This document shows positions 51,621 to 63,599 of a stretch of 64,000 bases of DNA, piece by piece. Made by a program: the position numbers and the translations under genes. The notes under the pieces were generated by a model. It was not told the origin of the DNA. It made no database searches and saw only the letters and a list, made by a program, of their open reading frames with translations. Source of the DNA: Hypanus sabinus (Eukaryota); assembly GCF_030144855.1 (NCBI RefSeq), contig NC_082730.1:3844001-3908000 (forward strand), read 5' to 3'. The stretch's first letter is position 1. The number at the start of each line of letters is the position of its first letter.

Positions 51621-52248
51621 TATGATTCAATGTAGTCTCATTGAAAGGACCAGGAAGCATAGATGTTGATCCACTGAAGGTGGAGACCAGTGGGGTCGAA
51701 GGAAAGGGCCAGAGGAAACATATCCTTGCTTTCGGTGGGAGAGGGTGTGAGAACAGAGACGTAAGAAATGGAACAGGTTCTCAGGGCCTCACACCTTCAT
51801 CATAATCTGGGCAGGCAGAGTGGAGATTGACAGATTGCAGAATAGAATGGGCTGTGTCTTGTGTTGGACCAGATTCAAGGCAGCTCAGGGCTGGGGCTCA
51901 CTCAGGTTTTAGGCTTTGCAGGGATTCAGGGACCACACAGAGGAGGAACAAAAGACATGGAAATGGAGAGAATTTCTGGAATAGAGCGCTATAAACAGGA
52001 CATGATGGAGAGTTTGTAGATGAGTGTGGGTTGTGTTTGGGAAAGAGGGTGCAGCACGTGGGAACTTGCTTCAGCAGCAAGTGACTGAACAGAAGGATGA
52101 GGGAAGGTTTAAATCGTTTGGGTAAAAATGAGGTTGGATTGGCTTGAAGTTTACTCTGGACCGTTGTGGATGGGACGAGGGAGTTGGGGATCGAGCTGTC
52201 CACAATGATCTTCTTTACTTATCTTCTATCTCTCCCTCACACCCTCAG

Positions 52249-52536
52249 AGCCTGTGTCAGGAGCAAACATCATGGTTCAGAACATCACCAGGACCTGTAG
52301 CCTCACCCTGACCTGCTCTGTGACCTCTGGCAACCCCACCAGCTTCAGTTGGTGGAGAGGAGGAGAAGTTACAGGAGACAACAACAGCCATCACTTCTGG
52401 AGACACGAAGAGACGATACAGGTTCATTGCACAGCAGAGATGGAGGATGTGGTGTACGGGTGTAAGGCCAGCAACCCCATCAGTGAGGACACCGCACAGG
52501 TCCGGCTGGGGAACGTCTGTAATCTGGACACATGTC
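52249..52536 (+). CDS. CD2/SLAM-like receptor copy 2, exon 3 (IgC2 domain)
   Basis: 288 nt, phase 1-1, acceptor accctcAG and donor C|GTGAGT. All six Cys are retained. Confidence 0.93.
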
Positions 52537-52614
52537 GTGAGTGTCAGAGGAAGGAGTTGGGATTTAGTTATCTCCCCATCCCAGGAGTCTGAGATGGGAC
52601 AGCACAGAGGATCT

Positions 52615-53045
52615 TCACAAAACCATAAAAATTTACAGCAGATGACAGACCTTTTGACCCACAATGTTGTGCTGACCATGTAACCTACTCTAAAACTGCC
52701 TAGAAATTCCCCATAGCACAGCCCTCGATTTTTCTAAGCTCCATGCTCCTATCAAACAATCTCTTAAAAGACCCTATTGGATCTGTCTCTACCAGCATTG
52801 CTGGCAGTGCATTCCATGCACCCACCAGTCTCTGTGTGAAAACTTACCTCTAACAGCCCCCTTGTACCTACTTCTAAGCATCTTAAAACAATGCCCCTAT
52901 GTGTTAGCCATTTCAGTCCTTTGATACAGCCTCTGGCTAGCCACGCGATCAATCCCTCTCATCATCTTACACACTTCTATCAGGTCACCTCTCATCCTCC
53001 TTTGCTCCAAGGAGAAAAGGCCAAGTTCACTCAACCTATTCTGGA
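52615..53045 (-). mobile_element. CR1 3'-end fragment
   Basis: Closely resembles the 3' end of the CR1 at 9481-9900 (ctcttaaaagaccctattg, atgcacccaccagtctctgtgtgaaaac). Confidence 0.75.
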
Positions 53046-53279
53046 CAGGTACATTGGAGCTCAGAAAAATAGAGGGCTATGGGTAACCCTAGGTAATTTC
53101 CAAGGTAAAGACAAGTTCGGCATAGCTTTGTGGGCCGAAGGGTCTGTAACGTCCTGTAAGTTTTCTATGTTTGAGAAGATGAGCAATTACAGATTTGATT
53201 CCTCTACCATTTCATAAATTCCTGTCACAAACATTTCCCAAATTGTCTGTCAACAGTATTGTTCTTTTGTGTACCAATG

Positions 53280-53620
53280 GGAGCACTGCAGAGTAGGAGG
53301 GGATAGAGGGGAGTGATGTGATAATGAGGGGATTGAGGTGTAGGTTGCAAGTCAGTGATGCGATGTTGATTATAGGGAATGGGGAAAGAAAGGACTGAGG
53401 GGTATCAGAGGGGAGGTGATGGGTTTGGAGGTCAATGATTTGATGGTGATTGGAGGAAATAGGGATTGTGGGATATTAGAGGGGAAGGGTTGGAGGGACT
53501 GAGGGTTATTGGAAGGGAGGGGAGTGGGGTGAAGAGGTGGGGGTTGGAAGGAATTTATGTGATGGGGATTGCAGGGTACTGAGGGACCATGTTGAGGTGA
53601 CAGGGAGTTTTTTCCGACTG
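53280..53620 (+). repeat. Shorter allele of the purine-rich minisatellite upstream of the TM exon
   Basis: Same motifs as 24850-25500 but about half the length. Confidence 0.75.
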
Positions 53621-53709
53621 AGGAGGGATGGAGTGAATTCATCAATCCTGTGTCACTGGGAGGGTGAGGACTGGATTCATCAGGAAATCTTTTCTCCTCT
53701 GTGTTACAG

Positions 53710-53873
53710 CCCCTAAAACAACAGCGGTGCCGATTGCACTGACCCTGGTGTTCAGATTGTCAGTGGTGCTGATCCTCCTGATCTCTGCTCTCACTGCGAT
53801 CCTCATGGTCACATGGAGGAGAAGACCTGAGGGAAGGGAAGTAACTTCAGAGACTGAAGGCAAGTGGAGCTGA
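53710..53873 (+). CDS. CD2/SLAM-like receptor copy 2, exon 4 (transmembrane helix with Arg, short tail, stop)
   Basis: Acceptor ctctgtgttacAG, phase 1. Encodes PKTTAVPIALTLVFRLSVVLILLISALTAILMVTWRRRPEGREVTSETEGKWS*, with the stop at the same position as in copy 1. Confidence 0.85.
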
Positions 53874-56060
53874 CACCCTGTCATTGAGTCTAGTATTTGG
53901 GAGAGGGAGAGAGAGGGGGTGGGCTGGGGTGGTGACAACAGGGGTGGGAGAGAAGAGTTAGATGGGGTAAAGTGGGAATGGTTTCAATACAGGCCCTGTC
54001 ACCTCTGCTTTCTGTCCCACAGACCCACTGGAGACAGGCATCATTGACACAGACCTTCAGAAGAATCGCTGTATCTGGCAGCCCCCTAGGGGGAATGACA
54101 GGGTAATGACGGACACCTTACACCTGGAAAGAGGGCACCCAGGGACCACTCACAGTCCTTGGGGCAAACTGAACATAAGGCCTGCATGTAATCTGAACAA
54201 TCCCAGAATCAACCACAGGTCCCTGTCACTGGGGATCGTTCCAACCACCACTGCATATTAATACTCTCAGTTACTCCAAAATCTGCTTCTGCAAACTCCA
54301 GTCTCATCAACAACATTGTGTGGGTAGTCATCAGTACTAAGCCCCCAAATCTCAAAGGCACTGAGTGGTATCAATGGTAAATGTGTCAGATACCGTTTGT
54401 AAATGGATCTATAAAGTAAAGTAAGTTGAGAACCTGTGTCAAGTATGGCCCGAGCAAAAATACCTTCAGTCCATTTGGACACACCAGAGTCTGGTCCCTC
54501 TAAACCTTCACGAATATTGTTTTGCACTTTAGTATTTCCCTTGATGCACTGATTGGAACGTATTCTGTCTGAGAATCCAGTCCATACCTATACAGTGTTC
54601 ACCCGCAGTTTTGCATCTTTAGTTCTCTGATTGATTAACCGTGATTTACTTTCTGTAGATTTTCGTGTTACTCATAGTTTCACTTGAAATGTCTATCTTC
54701 TTCACAGTTGTTACAGAACTTCCAGGTTTGGTACGTTTTGTATTCAACTGAACAGGAGAGTTGGAATATTCTGATGCGGGAATAAAAATTGTGGTAAATG
54801 CTCTGTAAATGCTGCCCCATGCAAAGTTATCATTTTCCAGGGAATAACACCCTGCACCAGCAAAAAATAAAGTGGAGTTATATTTACTGATATTAAAACT
54901 TTAACAGTTAATAGAGGGAAAAGAAAAGGGTCCAGCACAGCTAAACCAGTCTGAATGGGCAGATAAACGTTGGAGCTTTGACTTCTCACTTGCTGAACCC
55001 ATGATCTGCATGGAAGACACCAGTCACCTTTGGAACTTCCCTTGAAAGCCATTTTGAATGAACTGGCTAACTCAGGAGCATTGGCTCTTCCTGCTGAGAA
55101 CCATTTGGCTACACGAAGCACTTCTTGCAACAGTGACTCTCCCTTGAACAGTGTTCACTGAGCATCTTCGCTTGTGTTCTCCTCCACTGTTCCTGCCAAC
55201 CAAACCTCCCCGGACTGGCTGACACAACATTCCCAGCCTGAGCAAGTAGTCCTTATCTCAGCCGAAACCAAAACACTAAGCTATGAGGCTTAACGATGAG
55301 AAAACATTGCATTTGCAGAAAAACTGCTAAAATTAAAATACCTCACAGCATACCAGTAGAAACACAATAAAACATGTGCTTAACTTGGGAATGACACAGG
55401 CAAATTGTTTGAATGTGAGCAATGACTCAATGGCAGCCATAGAGATGGAGGGCCAATGGGCCTGTTTCTGTGACTCCACCCTATTTGACTCCCTTCACCA
55501 ACACATCACAGTTCAGAGTTCAAAGTATATTTTATTATCAAAGTGTGCATATATTATACAAGCTTGCGATTCATCTACTTATGGGCAGTCAGAACACAAG
55601 AATCTCAAAAGAACCCATGAAAAAAGAAAGTTAACAAACACCCAATGTGCAGAGAGAGAGAGAGAGAGAGACATCACACCAATCATGCAAACAATAAAAG
55701 CCAGCCAAAGCATTCAGGATGAAAGCGAGCCCATAGACACAAACCCTGGAGCATCCGGAGCAGGCCCACAGCCTCAGCTTCAGTTCATCACACAGCAGAG
55801 CAAAATGTCATGGAGCTGACACACATGGACCCTGAGGCATCTGGAGCCAGCTCACAGCCTCAGTGTCAATATGCAGCAAACCAGCCAACACGCACGACCT
55901 TTTCAATCGATCTGGCTCAGGGTTTAAATCATCCACTATAACACCACACACAGTTCCAGTCACGGTCTGTGCCGATCAAAGTCCCAGGTCTGCTGCTCTT
56001 GGACCAGATTCAGACACGGTCTGGGCTGGGTCACACCCGGGTGTAGAAGGGAAACTGGGA

Positions 56061-56725
56061 CCATAAGACCATAAGATATAGGAGTAGAAGTAGGCCATTT
56101 GGCCCATCGAGTCTGCTCCACCATTCAATCATGGGCTGATCCAATTTTTCCAGTCATACCCACTACCCTGCCTTCACCCAAACCCTTTGATGCCCTGGCT
56201 AATCAAGAACCTATCTATCTCTGCCTTAAGTACACCCAATTACTTGGACTCCACAGCCACTTGGGGCAACAAATTCCACAGATTTATCTCCCTCTGACGA
56301 AAGTAATTTCTCTGCATCTCAGTTCTAAATGGACGTCCTTCAATCCTGAATTCATACCTTCTTGTCCTAGACTCCCCTACCATGGGAAATAACTCTGTTA
56401 TATCTAACTTGTTCAGGCCTTTTAACATTTGGAATGTTTCTATGAGATCCCCCTCATTCTCCTGAACTCCAGGGAATACAACCCATGAACTGCCAAACAT
56501 TCCTCATGCAGTAACCCTTTCATTCCTGGAATCATTCTGTAAATATTCTCTGAACCTTCTCCAATGTTAGTATAGTCTTTCCAAAATAAGAAGTCCACAG
56601 CTGCACACAATCCTCCACGAGTGCCTTATAGAGCCTCAGCATCACATCCCACCTCTTATATTCTATACCTCTAGAAATGATCGCCAACATTGCATTCGCC
56701 TTCTTCCCAACCAACTCAACCTGGA
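56061..56725 (-). mobile_element. CR1 3' fragment
   Basis: GDLIETFQMLKGL..LFPMVGESRTR..FRTEMQRNYF..NLWNLLP (56240..56500), plus the ccataagaccataaga tail. Confidence 0.85.
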
Positions 56726-57175
56726 GGTTACACTTACAATGGTGACAACATATGTGGGCCTGGAGAGGATTACTGGGAATCAAAGCCATAAACAGGGAAC
56801 TGTGGATTTTTTATGGATGTTGCGGGAAGTGGTTGGGAAAGTGGGAACTTACTCCAGCAATAACTGATGAAATGAAGGTTGAGGGAAGGGCTAAAGTGGT
56901 GTGTGGCAATGAGCTGGAATCAGCTTCAAGTTCACTTGGGACCATTGGGGATTGAATGCAGGAATCGGGGACCGATTTTCCTTAACTCATCTTTCACCAT
57001 TACTGCTCAACCTGAAATCCCGTGTAAGGAACATACATCATGGTCTATTCATTTTCATAGATGCTGCTTGACCTGTTGAGATCCTACAGCATTTTGAGTG
57101 TGTTGCCCTTGGTTCTGAACATTACCGGGACCTTTGACCTCACCTGGTCCTGCTCCATGTCCTTAGGGTTCTTAC

Positions 57176-57232
57176 CAGCTTCAAGTGGTGAAGGGGAGGA
57201 GAAGCTGTGCGAGACTCCAGCATACATCACCT
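57176..57232 (-). other. Candidate 57-nt phase 1-1 coding exon with ITIM-like motif (E)VMYAGVSHSFSSPSPLEA
   Basis: On the minus strand: acceptor catctctccatgattccAG, 57 nt, donor CTG|GTAAGA. The parent gene was not identified in the window. Confidence 0.5.
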
Positions 57233-58519
57233 CTGGAATCATGGAGAGATGGGTGCGGTTCATCACACAGATTAACCTGTGGATGGGCAGTGTGATGGGG
57301 CAGTGTAGGTGGCGCTTCACTTTGTGTCAAACATGTGCACATTTATTTGTTTTACAATAATCACACTGTTCTCAGTTCAATCTTGACAAATATTTATGCA
57401 TTTAAAACATCAAATTAAATCATGATCATCCTTGTCCAGGATGCAACCCAGCCCTTGTAATGCCCACTGCCATCTGAAAACATCCAAGATGTGAATGAAG
57501 AGTACGTACTCTCTTTCCAAAACCAGATTGAGCTGAGTTACTGACTCTCAGCTGATCTGCAGTGTCGGAGCCAGAGTCAGGTAGCAGTTTGTGGTGTCCT
57601 GCCATTTTTCGGTTGAGTAGCAGTGCACAGTATGAACTGTTCCCTAAAGCGAAAGACTACTCTGAGTGATCTCCTGAGGGGATGATCCCTCAGTAGGTAC
57701 TTCTGTCTTTCATCAGTACTGTGGGTCTCTTAATTGTTGTCCAGCCTATAGTGGTTAAAGTCTTGTGCATTCTGTTTAATCTTGTCAAGCTTATTTTTCT
57801 ACATCCTGTGATTATTTAAAGTGGACTCCCAATTAACACCTAATGGTGGGTCATTGTGTTCTGAAAATAATTTGTTTCACAGAGTCGCTCGCTCAGGCCA
57901 CCAATGTTCTGTTGGAATTCCAATGCATGAACTCATCTTCTATCTCCACATGGGAGTCTATCGCTCCTCTGCACCTGGGTTCAGTTGTCTCCCAGCACAC
58001 ACCGTGACACTGTCTGCTACAATGCAGGTAGTCAACAGCTAGGTCCAGGTATGACTCTAAGCTGAGCAGATTCTTTTGAAATGTTTCATCTCAGACTTCT
58101 GCCTCTTGGTCGTGCTCTTCTTGTACACTTGATAAAAGTGATGGTGGTGAGTCTTACCCATGTCCCACCTAGACTTCAGAAAAGGGAATGTCCGGAACCT
58201 TTGGAATGAATCCTGGAGTCGGCCACCTTCCAGCAGCCAGTTGTTACAGAGCTTACGTGGACCCCACTCATGTGCACGTCAGGACAAACTCTGCCCACGC
58301 GAAGTGATCGATTGAGTATGAAACTGGCCTCACAGTGGACATCAGACATGTTTGCTGCTCAAATTATAGATGGTCTCCTCCGTCAGCCCCCTTCAACTGT
58401 TACACCACTCCCACTGGAAATTAAAATGAAATGATTCATGTTGAGTTCCCCCCGCTGTCCCCCTGCATCCAAGAGACAGGTGGCTACAATTAAAATGGAC
58501 TCCACGGGGTGTGGAGATG

Positions 58520-58770
58520 TGGCACAACCCCGGTGAGACTCACCATCTTTTATAGATGTACTATAGCAAGCATCCTATGTGGATGTATCACAGATTTGTA
58601 TGGCTACTGCTCTGAATATGAAATGGCAGAGAGTTGTGAATGCAGCCCAGTCTGTCACACAAAGCAACCTCCCATTCATGGACTGTGTCCTCACTTACCA
58701 CCGGCTCAGGAAAGGAGACAACACAATCAGAGAGCCCACCCACCACTGTCATTCTCTCTTCCCTCCCCAG
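58520..58770 (+). mobile_element. L2-type LINE 3' RT fragment
   Basis: LTIFYRCTIASILCGCIT..YG.CS and QRVVNAAQSVT..IREPTH motifs. Confidence 0.8.
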
Positions 58771-60189
58771 TCTGCCCCGACACCATCCCACTGACCCACA
58801 AATCTGTCTTTCTCAGCCGAACACCCGACCCCTCACCATGCCTTCCAACAACACTCTCCGCAAAGTCTCCACTTTGTCTCCCTTGTAAAGGCCGACTCCA
58901 CAGTTCCTCCACCGTCCCCAGCACACAGATGCACAGACACACACAGGATCAGGATGGAGACAGCAATCGGAGGGTGGGGAGGGGGTTGAGGACTGGGGTA
59001 GATCATCCACTGTCATATTCAATGGTGCGAGAGGCTGGGTTGCTTGAGGGGCCGAAGCCAACTCCTGCTCTTATTTCCCTCTTTGTGTGTGTCTGTTTGT
59101 ACATGTGTGAGAGAGAGAAAGAGTGGGTGGGGAGATCTTCAGAACTGAGTGAAAATGCAGACTGAGAGGGAGAGACACAGACTAAGAAACCGAGAGAGGA
59201 ATGTGAAAACAGTGACTTCTGAAGAGAAATGAAAGGTAAATTGAAAAAGATGTCCTCTCAGAGACTATGAGAAACAGGAGAATGAAAGGACAAGAGAAGA
59301 TGGGCAGAGAGGCTGTGGGTAAGGGTACAGAATCTGAGAGAGAGAGAGAGAGCTAGAGGTGGACAGGGACTGGTTGGAGATGTGGAGATGGTTAATGGGA
59401 TGTGTTTGAGTTACAGCTTGTGCTCTGTGCCTGTTTGGAGTAGTATTGCCTCTTCCCCATCACAGTGTATTAGATAGGTGTGACATAGCCAGTTTCCACT
59501 GCTTTAGTTATTACCCATCGACCATCAAGCTCTTGAGTAAATGTGGATACCTACCCTCACTACCCCATCATTAAATGTCTTACACCAAAGATCTCACTTT
59601 AAGGATTCTTTATCTCATTATCTCATGTTCCCAGTATTCCTTGCTATTTATTTATATTTACATTTGCACAGTTTTTTTTGTTTTCACTCTGGAGGATCTT
59701 TCATTGATCCTGTTTTAGATACTATTCTTTAGATTTGTTGAGCATGCCCCAAGGAAAATAAATCTCAGGATTCTATATGGTGATATATATCTACTTTGAT
59801 AATAAAGTTTACTTTGCTCACTTTGAAGTGTACTTGTTTCCAATGCTTGTTCACCAAGCACCAAATGAAGTTGCAAGTTTTAAGTTCAAGAACAAGTTTC
59901 AAGTTTAATTATCGTTCAATTATACATGAATAGAGGCAAACTACAAGGTGCAAAACACATACCAACAACATACAGCACACTTCACATAGCACATTGCACA
60001 AATAGCACGTTTGGTTATTCATCAGTACAGAACAACATACAGTCACAAAGAGAAATAAAAATATATTGCCCAAGTCTTGAGTTGTCCTGGTCCAGCTTGT
60101 TCTTTCACCAAGTGAACACTGGAGGGCAGCAGAGACAGGAGGGCTCAGACACCAACCCAGTATGAAATCTGATTTGGACAATCCACATA

Positions 60190-63100
60190 TTATAGTGAGA
60201 ATGGTTACAGCGACTTTGTATTCCGTGTGGTATGTGGGAAGTCTGGGACACCTCCAGTCTCCCAGATAAACACAACTGCATCAGGTGCACCGAGTTGCAC
60301 TTCCTGAGAGAACATATAAAGGAACAGGAGCTCAACTCAATGACCTTTGACTCATGTGGGAGAATGAAGAAGAGATAAAAAAGAATTAGAGGGAGGTAGT
60401 TACCCCAGGATTACAGGAGTGAGGTAACTGAGAGATTGCCAGGAGAAGGAGGGGAAATGTACAGCCAGTGCAGAGTACACTTGTGGCCATTCCCCTCAAT
60501 AATAACTTTAGATACTATTGAGAGGGATGACCTAACAGGGAGGAGCCACAATGACCAGGTCTCTGGCACTGAGTTTGATGCTGTGTCTCAGATGAGCGGA
60601 GAGGTGAAGAGGACTGAAGTATTGGTAGGAGATTCCTTCATCGGAGGAAAAGAGAAAAGGTTCTGTGGGTGAGATAGAGACACACAAATTGTATCTTGCC
60701 TCCCTGACGCCAGGATCAGGGATATCTCGATTCTTGACCATGGCATTCTCAAGGGCAAAGTTGAGCAGCTGAAGTTTTTGTACATATTGACACCATGACA
60801 TGGGTAAATAATGTGATGAGGTCCTGAAGAGAGATTTTATGGAGCTAGGTAGAAAGCTGAGAAACAGGACCATCAGGATAGTGATCACTGGATTGTTGCC
60901 TGTGCCATGTGCCACTGAGGGAAAGAATAGGATGACTTGGCAGGTGAATATGTAGCTGAGGAACTGGAGCATGAGGCAAGGGTTGAAATTTATGGATCTT
61001 TGTGATTTCTCCTGGGGCAGCTATGACCTGTACAATAAAAGACAGGCTACACCTGATCCCGAGGATCTCCAATATCCTTGTGGGCAGGTTGGCTCAAGTT
61101 GTTTGGGTGGGTTTAAACGAGTTCAGCAGGGGGCTGGGAACTGGAATGGTAATGCGGAGGATGAGCGCTATCAGATGTAAACAGATGTAATGTGTAGTGA
61201 GACTCCTAGCAGGCAGACCTATACGATAGATAAAAATTGCAGTAAACCGGAAGAGCTGTAATGTAAAGGTGTTCAAAATTGAAAAAGGTGAATACAGAAC
61301 TAAAGGTGTAATATTTGACCGCGGGCGGTAATGGAATAAGGTCGATGAACTTGTAGTACAGATACAGATTGGCAAAGATGATGTAGGTATCACTGAATAG
61401 GCAGGAAGGCAGAGGGTCTGGCATGGCACTGTTGATAAAAAATGAAATTAAATCATTCGAAAGAAGTGACATAAGGTCAGAAGATGTTGAATTGTTGTAG
61501 TTAGAGCTGAGGAACTGCAAGGGTAAAGAGACGCTGATGGGTGTTATCTACAGACGCCCAAACAGAGGTAAGGATGTGGTCTACAAGTTAGAATGGGAGA
61601 TGGGAATTGCCTGCCAAAAGGGCAATGTTACAGTACTTACGAGTTCCATCAATATACAAGTAGATTGGGAAAACCAGGTTGGTGTGGGATTCGAAGAGGG
61701 GCAATTTCTAACTTATGGGATATCTTTCTAGAGCAGTTTGTGTTTGAGCTCCGTAGGGGTTAGCTATTCTAGATTGAGTGTTGTGCGATGAACCAGAATT
61801 GATCAGAGAGCTTAAAGTAAAACAATCCTGAGGGGTAACTTATCATTATGTAGTCAAAATGACACTGAAATTGGAGAAAGAGAAGCTAAAATCACATCTT
61901 ACAGTATTACAGTGGAGTAAAATATATCACAGGGGCATGAGAGAGGAGTTGTCCAGTACTGATTCAAGAAAAAAATAACACAGGCAGGGATGATGGCAGA
62001 GATGCAATTGCTGCAATTACTGAAAGCAATTCCGATGACACAGGATTTATAAATCTCAAAGTGTAGGAAGTATACTAAGGGCAAGATGACACAACCATGG
62101 CTAACGAAGGAAGTCAAGGTCAACATGAGGTCCAAAGTGAGGACATATAATAGAGCAGAAAATTGACGAGATGTTAGGGGAGTGGGAAGCTTTTAAATAC
62201 CAACAGAAGGCAACTAAATGTCGTTAAGTAGGTAAATGTTGAATAAATCTAGCCAATAATATTAAAGACAATACCAACAATTTCTTCAGGACCATAAAGT
62301 GTGAAAGAGAGGCAAGAGTGGATTTTGGACCACTGGAAAATGATGCTGTTATGGGGACAAGGAAATGGCAGAAAAACTGGATAAGTATTTTGCATCAGTC
62401 TTACTGTGGAAGAATCTAACAGTGTGGAGGATGATACAGGTAATGTGTCGTGTAATGTTTGAAGTTACCACTACTAGAGAGAAGGTCCTTGGGACACTAA
62501 AAGGTCTGATGGTGGATAACTCACCGGGAGCAGATGGTGTACTCCCCAAGATTCTGATAGAGGTGGTTGAACAGATTGTGGAGGCATTAGTAATGACCTT
62601 TCAATAATCATTAGATTCTGTAAAGGTTCCTGAAGACTGGACAATTGCAAAAGGAACCCCACTCTTCAAGAAAAGAGAAAGGCAGAAGAAAGGAAATTAA
62701 AGGCCAATTAGTCTGACCTCAGTGGTCGTGAAGATGTTGGATTCAATTGTTAAGGATGTGTTTTCGAGGTTCTCGGAGACACAGGATAAAATAGGCCATA
62801 GTCAGCATAGTTTTCTCAAATGAACATCTTGCCTGACATGTGTGTTGAAATTCTTTGTAGATATAACAAGCAGGATAGACAAAGGAGAATTGGTTAACGC
62901 TGCAAACTTGTGTAACACCCTGGGAAAGTGTTCACTGCTGACATAATGGTTTTTCTGTAGAAGCTGTGTTTGGAGTATTGTGAGCAGTTCTGGGCCCTTT
63001 ATCTCAAAAAGGATGTGCTGAAACTGGAAAGGGAACAAAGGAGGTTCATGAAAATTATTCCAGGATGAATTGACTTGTCATATGAACTGTGTTTAATTGT

Positions 63101-63440
63101 TCTGATCCTGTAATCAATGGAAATAAAAAGAATGAGAGATGACCTAATTGAAACCTACCAAAATTGTAAAAAGTCTTGATAGAGTGGCTGTGGAGAGGAT
63201 GTTTTCTACGGGTGGAGTTTGAAGACCCAATAGATTGACATCTTCTTCGAACAGATTTGTGGAGGAACTTGTTTAGCTGGAGAGTGGTGAATCAGTGATA
63301 TTTGTTGCTACAGGAAGCTGAGGAGGCCAATTCTTTATGTACATTTAAGGCAGAGGTTAATAGATTCTTGATTGATCACAGCATGAAGGGATACAGGGGG
63401 AAGGCAGGAGACTGGGGCTGAGAGGAAAACAGATTAGCCA
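60190..63440 (+). mobile_element. Old CR1 LINE, paralogue of 35255-38260
   Basis: Colinear with copy 1; contains GVIYRRPN (61537..61731) and KGL.VDNSPGADG (62365..62607). Confidence 0.85.
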
Positions 63441-63599
63441 TGATGAAATGGCAGAGCAGATTCAATGGGCTAAATGGTCATTTGGAAATCCAGCAGCACA
63501 TCTTGTTCACACAACAACTCAGTCAATGCAAATCCCCCGTCATTGGTCTCTCCAGAGAACGAGTAAACCAAACGCAGTATTTTTTTGTCCAACAGGGTC

